A program made the position numbers and the translations under genes. A model generated the notes under the pieces. It was not told where the DNA came from. It saw only the letters and a list, made by a program, of their open reading frames with translations, and searched no databases. A stretch of 62,461 nt of DNA, the filler included, from Hausera hauseri (Eukaryota), in NCBI GenBank assembly GCA_046269625.1. It is 10 parts of 10 records of this genome, joined end to end, with 100 filler letters (N's around TTAATTAATTAA, not from the genome) between each part and the next. Parts side by side here need not be neighbours in the genome. Positions count along the whole stretch, not along the records: positions 47,398 to 52,872 come from JBJURY010246404.1; positions 52,973 to 57,736 come from JBJURY010444802.1; positions 57,837 to 62,461 come from JBJURY010498574.1; 7 more parts are not named here. One strand, 5' to 3'. This document shows, piece by piece, positions 49,850 to 59,850 of this stretch. Position 1 is the stretch's first letter. Every line of letters starts with the position of its first letter.

Positions 49850-51180
49850 CATATTAATCACCATACGCCCAATATATTACCTTCTTAGTCCATATGGTAC
49901 TCATAATTATCCATATAATTCTCATAAAATCCTTCTATATTCCCTCAATATTCCATATAATCCATCCATATTTCCTCAATATTCCATATAATCCTTCTAT
50001 TTTCCCTCAGTATTCCTTACATATTCCTTATTATCTTCATACATTCCCTATCTAGTCCTTATAATATTTGTATATTCCCCAACTAGTATTCATTATCTCG
50101 GTATATTTCCTCTATATATTCCATATAATCCTAATATATTCCTTCATATTCCATATATATTCCATTCATATTCCTCAATATTTCTTTCAATCCTTTTATA
50201 TTCCATATAATTACTATATATTCCCTATAATCCTTCGATATTCTCTCAGTATTCCATATAATCCTTCTATATTCCCTCAGTATTCCTTATCATCTTGGTA
50301 TATTTCCTTATAGATTCCTTATTATCTTCATACATTCCCTATCTAGTCCCTGTTATCTTGGTATATTTCCTTATAGATTCCTTATTATCTTCATACATTC
50401 CCTATCTAATCCTTATAATATTTGTATATTCCTCAACTAGTACTCATTATCTCAGTATATTACCTCAATATTTCATATAATCCTCATATATTCCATCCAT
50501 TTGCCTTATAATCCTGATATATTCCTGCTCATGTACCCCGTGTTTTGTCTATATTTTACATGTAATTTTACCTACCATATCCAATATAACTTATGTAAGC
50601 CATATATTACCTGATTATCACCCATATATCACATGTTTTGTCTCTGTTCTCCATAATTATTCACCATATCCCCAATATATTACACATATTCCCTATGTTC
50701 CTTATATATTCCCTATATATTTTCTCATATAATGCCTATAATATACTTGTATTAGCTGCAGTTTACCTGTATTTTACATATATCACCCATATAACTTGTA
50801 TATCACATGCATTTATTTCCCCATAATTTACCTGTATTACCCCACATGTTACCTCAGTCACCTAGATATTACCTCCATTTCACCCATATTACTTGCATAT
50901 TATATACAAGTATTATCTGGATATTACCTGATTTTTCGTTACTTCCCAACTAATCCTTATCATCTTGTTATATTCCCTAACAAGTCCTTATTATCTTGGC
51001 ATATTCCATCTCATATTCCTCAGTATTCCTTATTATTCCTCATATATGCCCTCTTAATTCCTCATCATCTTGGTATATTCCATCTCATATATTCCCTATA
51101 CTCCAGATATATTCTCTAATCCTGAATAATACTGATATATTGATTCCATATTATCTTGGTATATTCCCTCTCATATTGTT
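49850..51180. repeat. Low-complexity G-poor degenerate repeat (ATATTCC/TAATCC-type)
   Basis: Extreme strand bias with internal near-exact duplications, e.g. 50292-50350 and 50355-50410. Confidence 0.85.
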
Positions 51181-51479
51181 GTCAACATGTTACATTGTCA
51201 GAATTTTTGTTTTAATGCATCAAAATACATGAACTTTTCACATATTAATTTAAGCAAATGTCAAGGTAAAACATACTTGTATGAATCTATGTATATACTG
51301 CATTTTTGTTTTAATGTATCAAAAATACATGAACTTTTCACATATTAAACAAAACCTTGAATCCGTGATTATATATTGCTATGATATTGCTAACATTTGT
51401 TTTAATGCGTCAATAAAATTAACAAACCCAGCCAAATTTAATCTAGGTTTTTGGGAAATCTATTGAGCTCATCAGATTT

Positions 51480-52620
51480 TTTCGAATAATGCACATTTTA
51501 TCGATTTTTTCGAATTCGAATCGATAATTATTCGATTTAGAATAATTTATTCGAATATATGACATTATATTTAGATTGTCAATGTATGCTTTTTTATCCA
51601 TGTACGCTTAAAAATTTCTTGATTTCTGTATGTTTCACCTTCAAATTCACCTTTTAAAATAAATCAATTAGTTAAAACAAAAATATTACATAATATTACA
51701 TCATTTATTTAACAGCCTTGATTAAATATACAATTATGCACTGCACGACTTTATTTCGATTTCCTTTTAGGTTTTCGCATATGAGGAATCAAATGCCGTC
51801 ATTAGATTATTGGAATAATGTATTCTTGATCGATATTTCGAGTTCGAATCGATAATTATTCGAGTTAGAATAATTTATTCGAATATCTGACATCAGATTC
51901 GGATTCTCCATATTTGCTTTCCTATACATGTACGCTTAAAGATTTCTTGATTTCAATGTGCTTCACCTTAAAAATCACCTCAATTGGTTAATCAATATAA
52001 GAATTACTTTGCATTTATTAAGAACTTTTTTACATGTTGGAATTTGCATGTTTTTTATACACTGCACCGCACTTGTGTTGATTGCCATATAGGTTTTCGA
52101 CCATGAGGAATCGAATGCCATCGTTTGATTCGTCAAATAATGCTTGCTTCATCGATTTTTCGAGTTTGAATCGATATTTTCTCGAGTTTTAAGCTCGATG
52201 TCAAATATTTAACATCATATTCCTAATCTCAATATACATGTTCCTATCTGCTGTGCTTAAAGATTTATTGACTTCAATATGCTTTAGCTTCAAATTCACA
52301 TTATTTTGTTTAATCAAGAATTACTTTGTATTTATTATGCACTTTTAACATGTTGGAAATTGTTTTGTTTTTTATACAGTGAGGTGCACTGTACCTTACT
52401 TGTTTTGATTGCCGTATAGGCTTTCGACCATGCTGAATCGATTGGCATCATCTGATTCTTCGAATAATGCTTGCTTCATCGATTTTTCGAGTTCGAATAG
52501 CTAATTATTCAAGTTCGAATATTATTTCCGATCATCTAACAAAATATTTCGATTCCACATACACGACTTTATATCCCGCCCCGCTATTACATTTATCGAT
52601 TTCCTATTCAGTGAACTTTA
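51480..52620. repeat. Tandem array of about 325-330-bp units (about 3.5 copies)
   Basis: AATAATG..TCGAT.TTTCGA.TT.GAAT recurs at about 51485, 51814, 52136 and 52463, with collinear downstream sequence. Confidence 0.85.
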
Positions 52621-52699
52621 AATTCACATTTTGCTTAATTCGAAATATTGATTATATATAGTAGGGGAAAAAAGAGAGTTCTAGCTCAGGGGGAAGGAG

Positions 52700-52872
52700 T
52701 CCGCCCACGCATCACGTGATCCGCCCACGCGTCACGTGATTGCTCACGTGATCCGCCTACGCGTCACGTGCGGCACGTGATTGGTCACGCGATGCGTGCG
52801 GAAAGTCACCAGACATTTGTTACTTATAATAGTTATTCTCACGTGACATTGTCGATTCTCACGTGACATTGT
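52700..52872. promoter_or_regulatory. Dense E-box (CACGTG x7) and GC-box cluster, probably the terminal repeat region of a mobile element
   Basis: Seven CACGTG and two CCGCCC within 170 bp of an otherwise very AT-rich contig. Confidence 0.45.
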
Positions 52873-52972
52873 NNNNNNNNNNNNNNNNNNNNNNNNNNNN
52901 NNNNNNNNNNNNNNNNTTAATTAATTAANNNNNNNNNNNNNNNNNNNNNNNNNNNNNNNNNNNNNNNNNNNN
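52873..52972. other. Artificial contig spacer
   Basis: N-TTAATTAATTAA-N. Confidence 0.99.
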
Positions 52973-53333
52973 ACCAAGTATGACAATTTTTCCACTGCTA
53001 AACACATTGACATAACTTGGACGAAACAGTGTTAATCTCAGTGCGGGAAACGGTTCAGGCTCATAAATACATTCAGTAGCTATTGCTCATTTGTACGGAT
53101 TGACTGGCTGATGGAAATCTAACGGAGTCGTTAACGTTTTTGATTTAATTTGGTCCATGACAATTCCGAATGGTAGCTTACTGTTTTCAGTTGTGATTGG
53201 TTTGCGACAACCTATAATACGACACTTGCCAGATTGAAATATGATGCATGTAATATCCGGTGGACATTTGTGAACATACTGCCTCGGCTTCCATTGATTA
53301 AATGGCAATGCGTTAGTTGATATTGGATAACAT
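52973..53333 (-). pseudogene. TATA-binding protein (TBP)-like gene, disrupted, 3' truncated
   Basis: Repeat 1 ITCIIFQSGKCRIIGC. Reading through TGA at 53087-89 gives repeat 2 CIYEPEPFPALRLTLFRPSYVNVFSSGKIVILG (TBP: YEPELFPGL..LIFVSGKVVLTG). Probable start MLSNIN at 53333. Confidence 0.82.
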
Positions 53334-53394
53334 TATGAAAACAGTACTCATGCCGTAGCAATATTTTTGTGTGGCGTGCATATAAACAAAAAAA

Positions 53395-54074
53395 TTTGAC
53401 GAAAGGTGTCTTATTATTAACAAGAAGCTACACAATAATGCTATTTTCGAGGTTGTAGGCTCCGGTGCAAGTGGCAAAACACACTTTGTAAACTATTGCA
53501 AAACTACCGTGACGTATTCCATTATCCGCGGTTTAATCACATTTACTGCCATTATGGTTCTAGTGGAGATAATGGAGAGTCTGGTTTGACACGTCAGGAA
53601 TTTTGTAAATTAAAATCGATGAGAGTAATAAATGGGCTTGATGAGAAATGGTCAGGACGATTATATAATTGTGATGTTATGGTCATTGAAGATTTATTCA
53701 AGGAAACCGCGAAACAAACCGACTTCAACAACCTGTTTACAAAGATTGCACGACATCGTGCAGTGACTGTTATTTTCATTACGCAAAACATGTTCCATCA
53801 TGCCGGACAGCATCGAACACAAAATCTAAACATACACTATTTGGTGTTGTTCAAAAATCCCTGTGATCAAACTGTCATTGATTATGTTGCACGACAAGCG
53901 TTTCATTACAACCGAGCATACTTGATAGATGAATATCATGATGCTAATACCAAGACAAACGGATACCTGTTCATTGACTTTACACAACAGTGTCCAGATG
54001 ACATGCTTGTACAAACAGACATTTTCAATCCGAAAGGCGTGTATGACTATAAACAAATTCAAAAATTGACATGA
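53395..54074 (+). pseudogene. Polinton A32/FtsK-like DNA packaging ATPase (one frameshift)
   Basis: Walker A VVGSGASGKTHFV (about 53452-53490, different frame), Walker B VMVIEDL, FTKIARHRAVTVIFITQNMF, HYLVLFKNPCD and GYLFIDF. Confidence 0.92.
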
Positions 54075-54285
54075 TAGCAATAGTGAAAAATGAGTAATTA
54101 TCGCAAAACAAATTTAAACGTAAACCTACTAAATAGTTGTTCAGAAAGAAACGTGCATCAACTACGGAAAAACGTAACGCTACAGGTAAGCGATTAATCA
54201 ATTCAGTGCTTCGAATAACATCAGCAGTGAGTCGCAAATTACCCGCAAAGTGGTAACAATTATAAACAAATAGGTCGACGCATCA

Positions 54286-54619
54286 ATGCGCACTGACGAA
54301 ACATACGTTTCAAACGTAGTCAACCATACTTTATTGCTTTGCTTAAAGCACCGTCGAGTCATAAACGAAACGTGCTACGATCATTCGGGCAATTTGTAGT
54401 GGACGATTTAATGGAAATTTTGTACAATATTGTTGTGTGTCACGTTGGCCTTGATATTAGAAAGCGGAGTTTACTATAGTATCGAAAACGACTCATTAAT
54501 CTTGCCAACGCTCGTAGTGAGAAGTCATGTACCAGCACGACGGCGGATTTCGTGGTACAATTCTACCGGTTGTCATGTCATTACTGGGTGGTATCATCGG
54601 TGGCACCCGTTTAGTATAA
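54286..54619 (+). pseudogene. Conserved small Polinton protein with C-terminal xGG-F cleavage-like site and hydrophobic tail
   Basis: FIALLKAP..KRNVL..LMEILYNIV..RKRLINLA..QHDGGFRGTILPVVMSLLGGIIG; contains a stop and frameshifts. Confidence 0.65.
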
Positions 54620-54742
54620 TATAAACAATGAATGTAAGTATATTATGTTTTAGTGGTATGAGTACATGGTTTTCATCATTTTGTCCCACTTTCCTTTCGA
54701 ATTGTTTCAGTGCAAACAAAAGCCATATCAGTAACACCGACG

Positions 54743-55135
54743 ATGGACGTAGGGTTCGATCCGCGTTATCCCGTCGGGTATACTGGCGTCGACAAAATGG
54801 CAGAGTGTAAAACAGAGTCGACGACAAACCCAACATTAGGTGGGAAAACAGTTAGCATACAGTCTGAACAAATAGATAAGAAAACTGTTTCCAACTTTTG
54901 CATACCATGCTGCAGCCGTAAACAACGCATGACAAATGGTTCTGATAGAAATTATCCCGTACGCTAGTATCAACAATGGTTATTGGTACGTGCTGATGTG
55001 TATTGATGTATTTAGTCGTTTTGCACGTGCAATGGATGTCAAATAAAAATCCTGTAAAGAAATTGCAGACGCTGTTCACACATTAATTAAGCCGCCGAAA
55101 TATGCACAAACGGATTTTGTAAAGAATTCTACAAT
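54743..55135 (+). pseudogene. Polinton retroviral-like integrase, truncated
   Basis: FDPRYPVGYTGVDKM; QLAYSLNK*IRKLFP; IPYASINNGYWYVLMCIDVFSRFA; PKYAQTD. Ends before the catalytic E. Confidence 0.85.
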
Positions 55136-55183
55136 TATATGCGATAATATTTCCCAAATCATATTTTTTATTTAAACAATCGT

Positions 55184-55920
55184 TTGTTTCTAAAATACCG
55201 ATATCCAATTGAATTGCAATTTAAATCAATAGCCGATGCTCAGGCATGGGGTTTTCAATCTGTCAATATACGCTTTAAAGGTTTGCAACTAGGTGGACAT
55301 GTAGTAGCTAGTGAAAGAAAATCAAACTTTTCCAAACCCATGAAAACCGATATTACGGTGAACTGGCAAATGACAATATCAACCTTTTACTCGCATTCTG
55401 TTGGATACGGTTTACTGTTGGAATCGGAAACAGAATTGTGCTTATCCATGAGAGACGTGGTTAAATTGGCTCTAAAGACATTTGAATTAAACGCCGTTGG
55501 TCGTATTTCGTTTACACTGCAAGATAATGTTACATATTGTGCCTTTGATGAATTATTGGCACGTAATCGGGGCTTTACGAAACAAGAATTCGATCAAACC
55601 GGTGGCGGTCGATCTATTGTGGCTAAATACAAACCACGACTCTATGGAGCATTTGAACAAATCAACATTGTAACGGATGTAACCGAACCTGTATTTGTTG
55701 GTAAAGACCGTAAACAACTATTGGTTTATATTACACTGGATTCTGATACGTACAAAACACCCGACGAAACGGTTCACATTGATATCATCCGGCCCATGAA
55801 ATATCGTTATCTCATAATGTTGTGCACAGCATTGCAGTGCACATGCTAGATGAATTTTGGAAACTCGTTAAATTGCTGTTCGGGTCAACAATACATTTGA
55901 CGCTACATTTTCGACATTGA
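55184..55920 (+). pseudogene. Minor capsid protein (penton, PX-like) paralog 1, N-terminus missing
   Basis: INIVTDVTEPVFVGKDRKQLL, then after a frameshift SIAVHMLDEFWKLVKLLFGSTIHLTLHFRH*. Confidence 0.75.
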
Positions 55921-55959
55921 CAATAAACAAACTGCATCATCATCACTACAATCAGCAGT

Positions 55960-57022
55960 GCGAATACGAGTCTTTATATGGTGTTACTGAGCAATAGTTG
56001 TCCTACGACTCGTCCGAATAATTCAGCCAATCAATACATTGCAAATTGAGACAATCCGATAGATTTATCCAGACAATGGGAAGTTGCACTAACGGAATTT
56101 AACTTTCCTTATGCAGCGTTGATATTGAAAGGCAATATGAAAATACATTACAGCACAACTCACCGGGTCACAGCAAATGAACCTTGTCGACTACTTTTTG
56201 AAAATAATAAACTGTGTGCCAGAACCTTTTATGCTTTTACGAACAACTTTAAAAAGAATACAAAAGAAGACAAAATCCCTGTTATGCTAAAAAATGAAAA
56301 AGTATAGTTTGAGTAGAAAAGTGAATTTAGTGCCCGCTTCAATTCCATTAAAATGGTGACAAAAATTGGGTTCAAAACTACAGAAATCAAAGGTAAAAGC
56401 ATCGATGTTGATGATGCCCTCGCACAAAATACGTTTCTATGAACATATGTGGACATTATTTTTAGTGGACAAAATATATCAACGGTGCATGGTACATCTA
56501 TCGAAATTGACGATAATGTCTATTGTGAATCTGGAGTGGATCTTGTTCGACATTTTTCCGCTAAAATGTACCAATATTTAAAGGTTTATCGTTAGATACA
56601 AATGAATACATCATATTCGAACTGTACAAGGATGTGGTCGGAATTTCGTTATATAAGGCTTTGGCAATGGTACTGAGCTTTGCAAAACAGCAGTTTGAAC
56701 CGAATAAAATACATGTTGCGACAATTAAACCCAAACAGAAAAACGGACTATATCAAATGTATATTTATACGATCTCACCGAACCGATTTTGGTCAGTGGA
56801 GTACGTGTACTGCTACTCCATGCAATCTGTCCAGGAAGTAACCGGTATACTGCTGGTGATAAAAGTACTGCCAAGCTTGATAATTTAATGTACATACCCG
56901 TGGCATCTACAACTACAAACAATGTTGAAATGAATATCAGATGTGAGGCGGGCTAATTTATTGAATTTCCGTTCGGTACAAAAACCAGTTTAACGCTTCA
57001 TTTTCAACGAAAAAGTGATTAA
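55960..57022 (+). pseudogene. Minor capsid protein (penton, PX-like) paralog 2
   Basis: LYMVLLSNS..PNNSANQY..PIDLSRQWEVALTEFNFP; MYIY.DLTEPILVSGVRVLLL; MYIPV..VEMNIRCEAG*FIEFPFGTKTSLTLHF. Confidence 0.85.
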
Positions 57023-57374
57023 TTTTGCACACGTTTCCATTTACAGCAAACCTCAGCAGAGTGGTGAACTGCCGTATTTTGTCGACAAACAGTATGGTTC
57101 TGGGTAGTTGCGTACATTGGCTTGTTTAGCATTTCCGGTGTTGAAACGAATTGGTGTCGTGGCAGCAAAAACAGCACAGGATGTGCTACATGAAAACAAG
57201 TCAATTCTGCCATCGTTAAAGGAACACGCCTTGGCAGAAATAAAAAGCGCTGCACCAGGAATCGTTGAAACAGTCAGAATACAATTCACTGGCAGTTGCT
57301 TGAGAAAACGACGTAGTGTATCATCGAGCTTTTCAATTTTAAACAAACGCCGACGTCGTACGATTTTCAACTGA
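57015..57374 (+). pseudogene. Small basic Polinton core-like protein upstream of the major capsid gene
   Basis: QQSGELPYFVDKQYGSG*LRTLACLAFPVLKRIG..AQDVL..QFTGS..KRRRRTIF resembles the QxGxG..FRxxxP.LK..DV..QxGxG..DIF protein typically found at this position. Confidence 0.7.
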
Positions 57375-57383
57375 TTGATTGAA

Positions 57384-57736
57384 ATGGCATCTGCAAAATC
57401 TGAATTGTGTATGTTTAACAAAGCCGCACCACAAGTCGTTATTGAAAATGCAATATTTGAGGAAATCTATCCCATTGATTTTGTTTCGAAGGACGATAAC
57501 ATTGACATTCAATTCAACATTATGGCATCGGACAATAAATATCTGGATTTGAACGATACTCTACTTTATGTAAAAGTCATTGTTAAAAGGGACGCGGCAA
57601 CGGTTCTCGCTGCAACCGACACTGTCACACGGGCCAATTACTTTTTCCTCACACTGTTGCAGGAGGCTTCACTGACTCTGAACAGTGTCAAAATCGAAGG
57701 CAACACCAGTCTGTACAGTATCAAGGCACTCATTGA
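57384..57736 (+). CDS. Polinton major capsid protein (PY, double jelly-roll), N-terminal part
   Basis: KSELCMFNKAAPQVVIE..EIYPI..IQFNI..KYLDLNDTLLYVKV..NYFFLTL matches the KSELDLF..TQxxI..Y(I/L)DL N-terminus. Cut by the contig end. Confidence 0.88.
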
Positions 57737-57836
57737 NNNNNNNNNNNNNNNNNNNNNNNNNNNNNNNNNNNNNNNNNNNNTTAATTAATTAANNNNNNNN
57801 NNNNNNNNNNNNNNNNNNNNNNNNNNNNNNNNNNNN
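57737..57836. other. Artificial contig spacer
   Basis: N-TTAATTAATTAA-N. Confidence 0.99.
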
Positions 57837-57839
57837 CAC

Positions 57840-58507
57840 AACAGATAATCTTTTCTTTGAAGTGGAGGAATAGATTTTTGAAGTAAATTGGCGGAAAGGT
57901 TTTTTATTTCTGTTTGATTCTTTGTTCAAGTTGCGTCTCATTTTCGAGGGTCCAGCCATTGTCGTAAACCTTCAACATAAGGTGGGCCCAGAAGCGCTCA
58001 ACTGGGTGGATTTGTGGTGCACAAGGTGGAATTTTCTCTTTGGGAATAAATGGTATTTTCTTGCTTTCGAACCACGCCAATGTGGCACAGGTATAGTAAC
58101 ACGAGGCTAGGTCAGGCCAAAAGATGTAATATCCTCTGGGATAGACAGTGGAGAGAAATGTTGATAAATGCTTTTTAAGCATTCAATCACGTAAATTGTA
58201 GAATTGAGAGCAAGTGAACTGGACACATGTGTCTTGGAAATATTAAATTTCCTTCCTAGCTTTCGAAGGCTTTGGCCTGTCTTTCCAATGGCAGCAAAAA
58301 CAAGGCGTTTATAACGGCTTTTAGGCATTTTAGAAAATTTTTCTATCACTTTCAGGCTTTCTCATTACTGTTTCCCTTTCTTCATAACGTTTGAGAACCT
58401 TGTAAACATCTTACCGTGTCATTTCAATGCCAGCGAACTTCTTCATGGTGTCTCCTTTTGAGTGGTTAAAATTATAGGAAATGATCATTTCCGTTGAGGT
58501 CTTCATT
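57840..58507 (-). mobile_element. Tc1/mariner superfamily (ITmD37E-like) transposase remnant, internally deleted
   Basis: IFWPDLASCYY...IPPCAPQIHPVERFWA, with HTH-like QSLRKLGRKFNISKTHV upstream. Confidence 0.8.
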
Positions 58508-59292
58508 TTAAAAAATTTACTTAACACAACTATCAAATTTAAACAAACTTTTATTAATACCTCTACCATCATAGTTATATTTTCCAACAATAAAATTAGT
58601 TGACTTAAATATTAGTGAAATTAATTTTTATTATGCGTTGATTAGTTTGTAAACTTGACCTTCTTGAATTTTTTACAATTTAAAATATCTAGTATTTTAT
58701 TGGTGTATTGCTCTTTATCTAAAACTACCAGGCCGATACCTTTATCAAATTTGCAAATGGAGATATTTTCATTCGGTTATCAGCTTTCCGATTTTTACGC
58801 CAGGAATTCCTAGATATATTAGAAAATTATCGTTTTCAGCTTGCCATGAACCAGTAGCTCCGAAAATTACGATGCCCACTTTTATGATCCATCTTGTAAG
58901 CGTATCCTGCATATTTTTTTCCATTTCTTTGTAGTGCTCTTGATTTTTTTGCCCGTTTTTGCTCATATCCTGAATATCTGGACAAAGGTCAAAATTAAAT
59001 TTAAGACGCTCACAATTTATGTAACATTTCAAATCAGACACTTTTGCAAAGGCCTTACCAACGTCACTCAAAATTGAATTAAGACGCTGTCTTTCGAGCT
59101 CTGTATTTATTATAGCAATTACAGAACACATGACTCAAGTTTTTAAAATGCTCTTACATCGTTTTCATAAGCTGTTCTTTTTGCAATGTTCGGTTTTGAG
59201 TGTCTAAATAGTTTGTCCTGGCCAACTGAATAAGTATCCATGTGTATATTGTGATGTTGGATTAAAGTCGCGATTGGCAGGTGGACAGAGTA

Positions 59293-59850
59293 TTAACGAT
59301 ACGCTGCACTCACTTTGTGCTTCCTGAAAGCGTTCTGAAAGCAAATCTGAAAGCAGTCCGTATAAAACGATGGTCGAATTTTCTCACCAATATCAGCAAT
59401 CGCAATCAGTTTTTGCGTCGGATGCAAATCGAAGCCTGTTAAAATTGAAATGTGTCCAAGAACGATATGTTTTAACTTTGCACTGTCTTCGTTCGCGTCT
59501 ACTTTGGTATCATCGTTAAAATTGAACGGAATGAGTAACAAATATCCAAATTTATCAGCAACGAGAATACGTTTCACATCCAATGAGAAGTTGATTTTTG
59601 AACAACGTCTATGTAAGTAACGTTTTCTTAACAGTGGCCAAGAATCATTGGATTTATAATTATTTCACGTCATCGGATGAACATAAATATTTTCCACATT
59701 TTGACAAATCTGATGACAGAAAACAACGCAACGTTTCATCTTTTGAACTAGTGTTCAAACGGATAATTTCGTTGGTCTCGTTCTTGAGATTGAAGACTCT
59801 AAATTTTGATTATTTCTAACAACAACAAGGTATTGTTTGTACATGAAAGC
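59293..59850 (-). pseudogene. WDR4: WDR4/Trm82 (tRNA m7G46 methyltransferase non-catalytic subunit) fragment
   Basis: SKCGKYLCSSDDVK..W..RRCSKINF..ILVADKFG..LGHISIL..IAIADIGEKIR aligns with WDR4 (VLVADKSG..LGHLSML..TADRDEKIR). Frameshifted and truncated. Confidence 0.72.

Larger units (their letters stand above)
52973..57736 (+). mobile_element. Decayed Polinton/Maverick (adintovirus-like endogenous virus) segment
   Basis: Compact, intronless cluster of packaging ATPase, integrase, minor capsid (x2) and major capsid homologs. Confidence 0.92.

Noticed and set aside
50068-51232. Hydrophobic I/Y/F/L-rich ORFs resembling membrane proteins (also 38114-38296, 42114-42387, 46429-46974)
   Set aside because: Translations of low-complexity or microsatellite DNA.
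52660-53333. E-box array as the terminus of the adjacent TBP-bearing Polinton
   Set aside because: A spacer lies between them, so physical linkage is not shown.
6613-57836. Nine identical TTAATTAATTAA motifs, and ORFs containing X runs
   Set aside because: Artificial contig spacers; ORFs crossing them are artefacts.
58769-59131. 120-aa ORF with YLGIP suggesting a reverse transcriptase C-terminus
   Set aside because: No YxDD or other RT motifs nearby.
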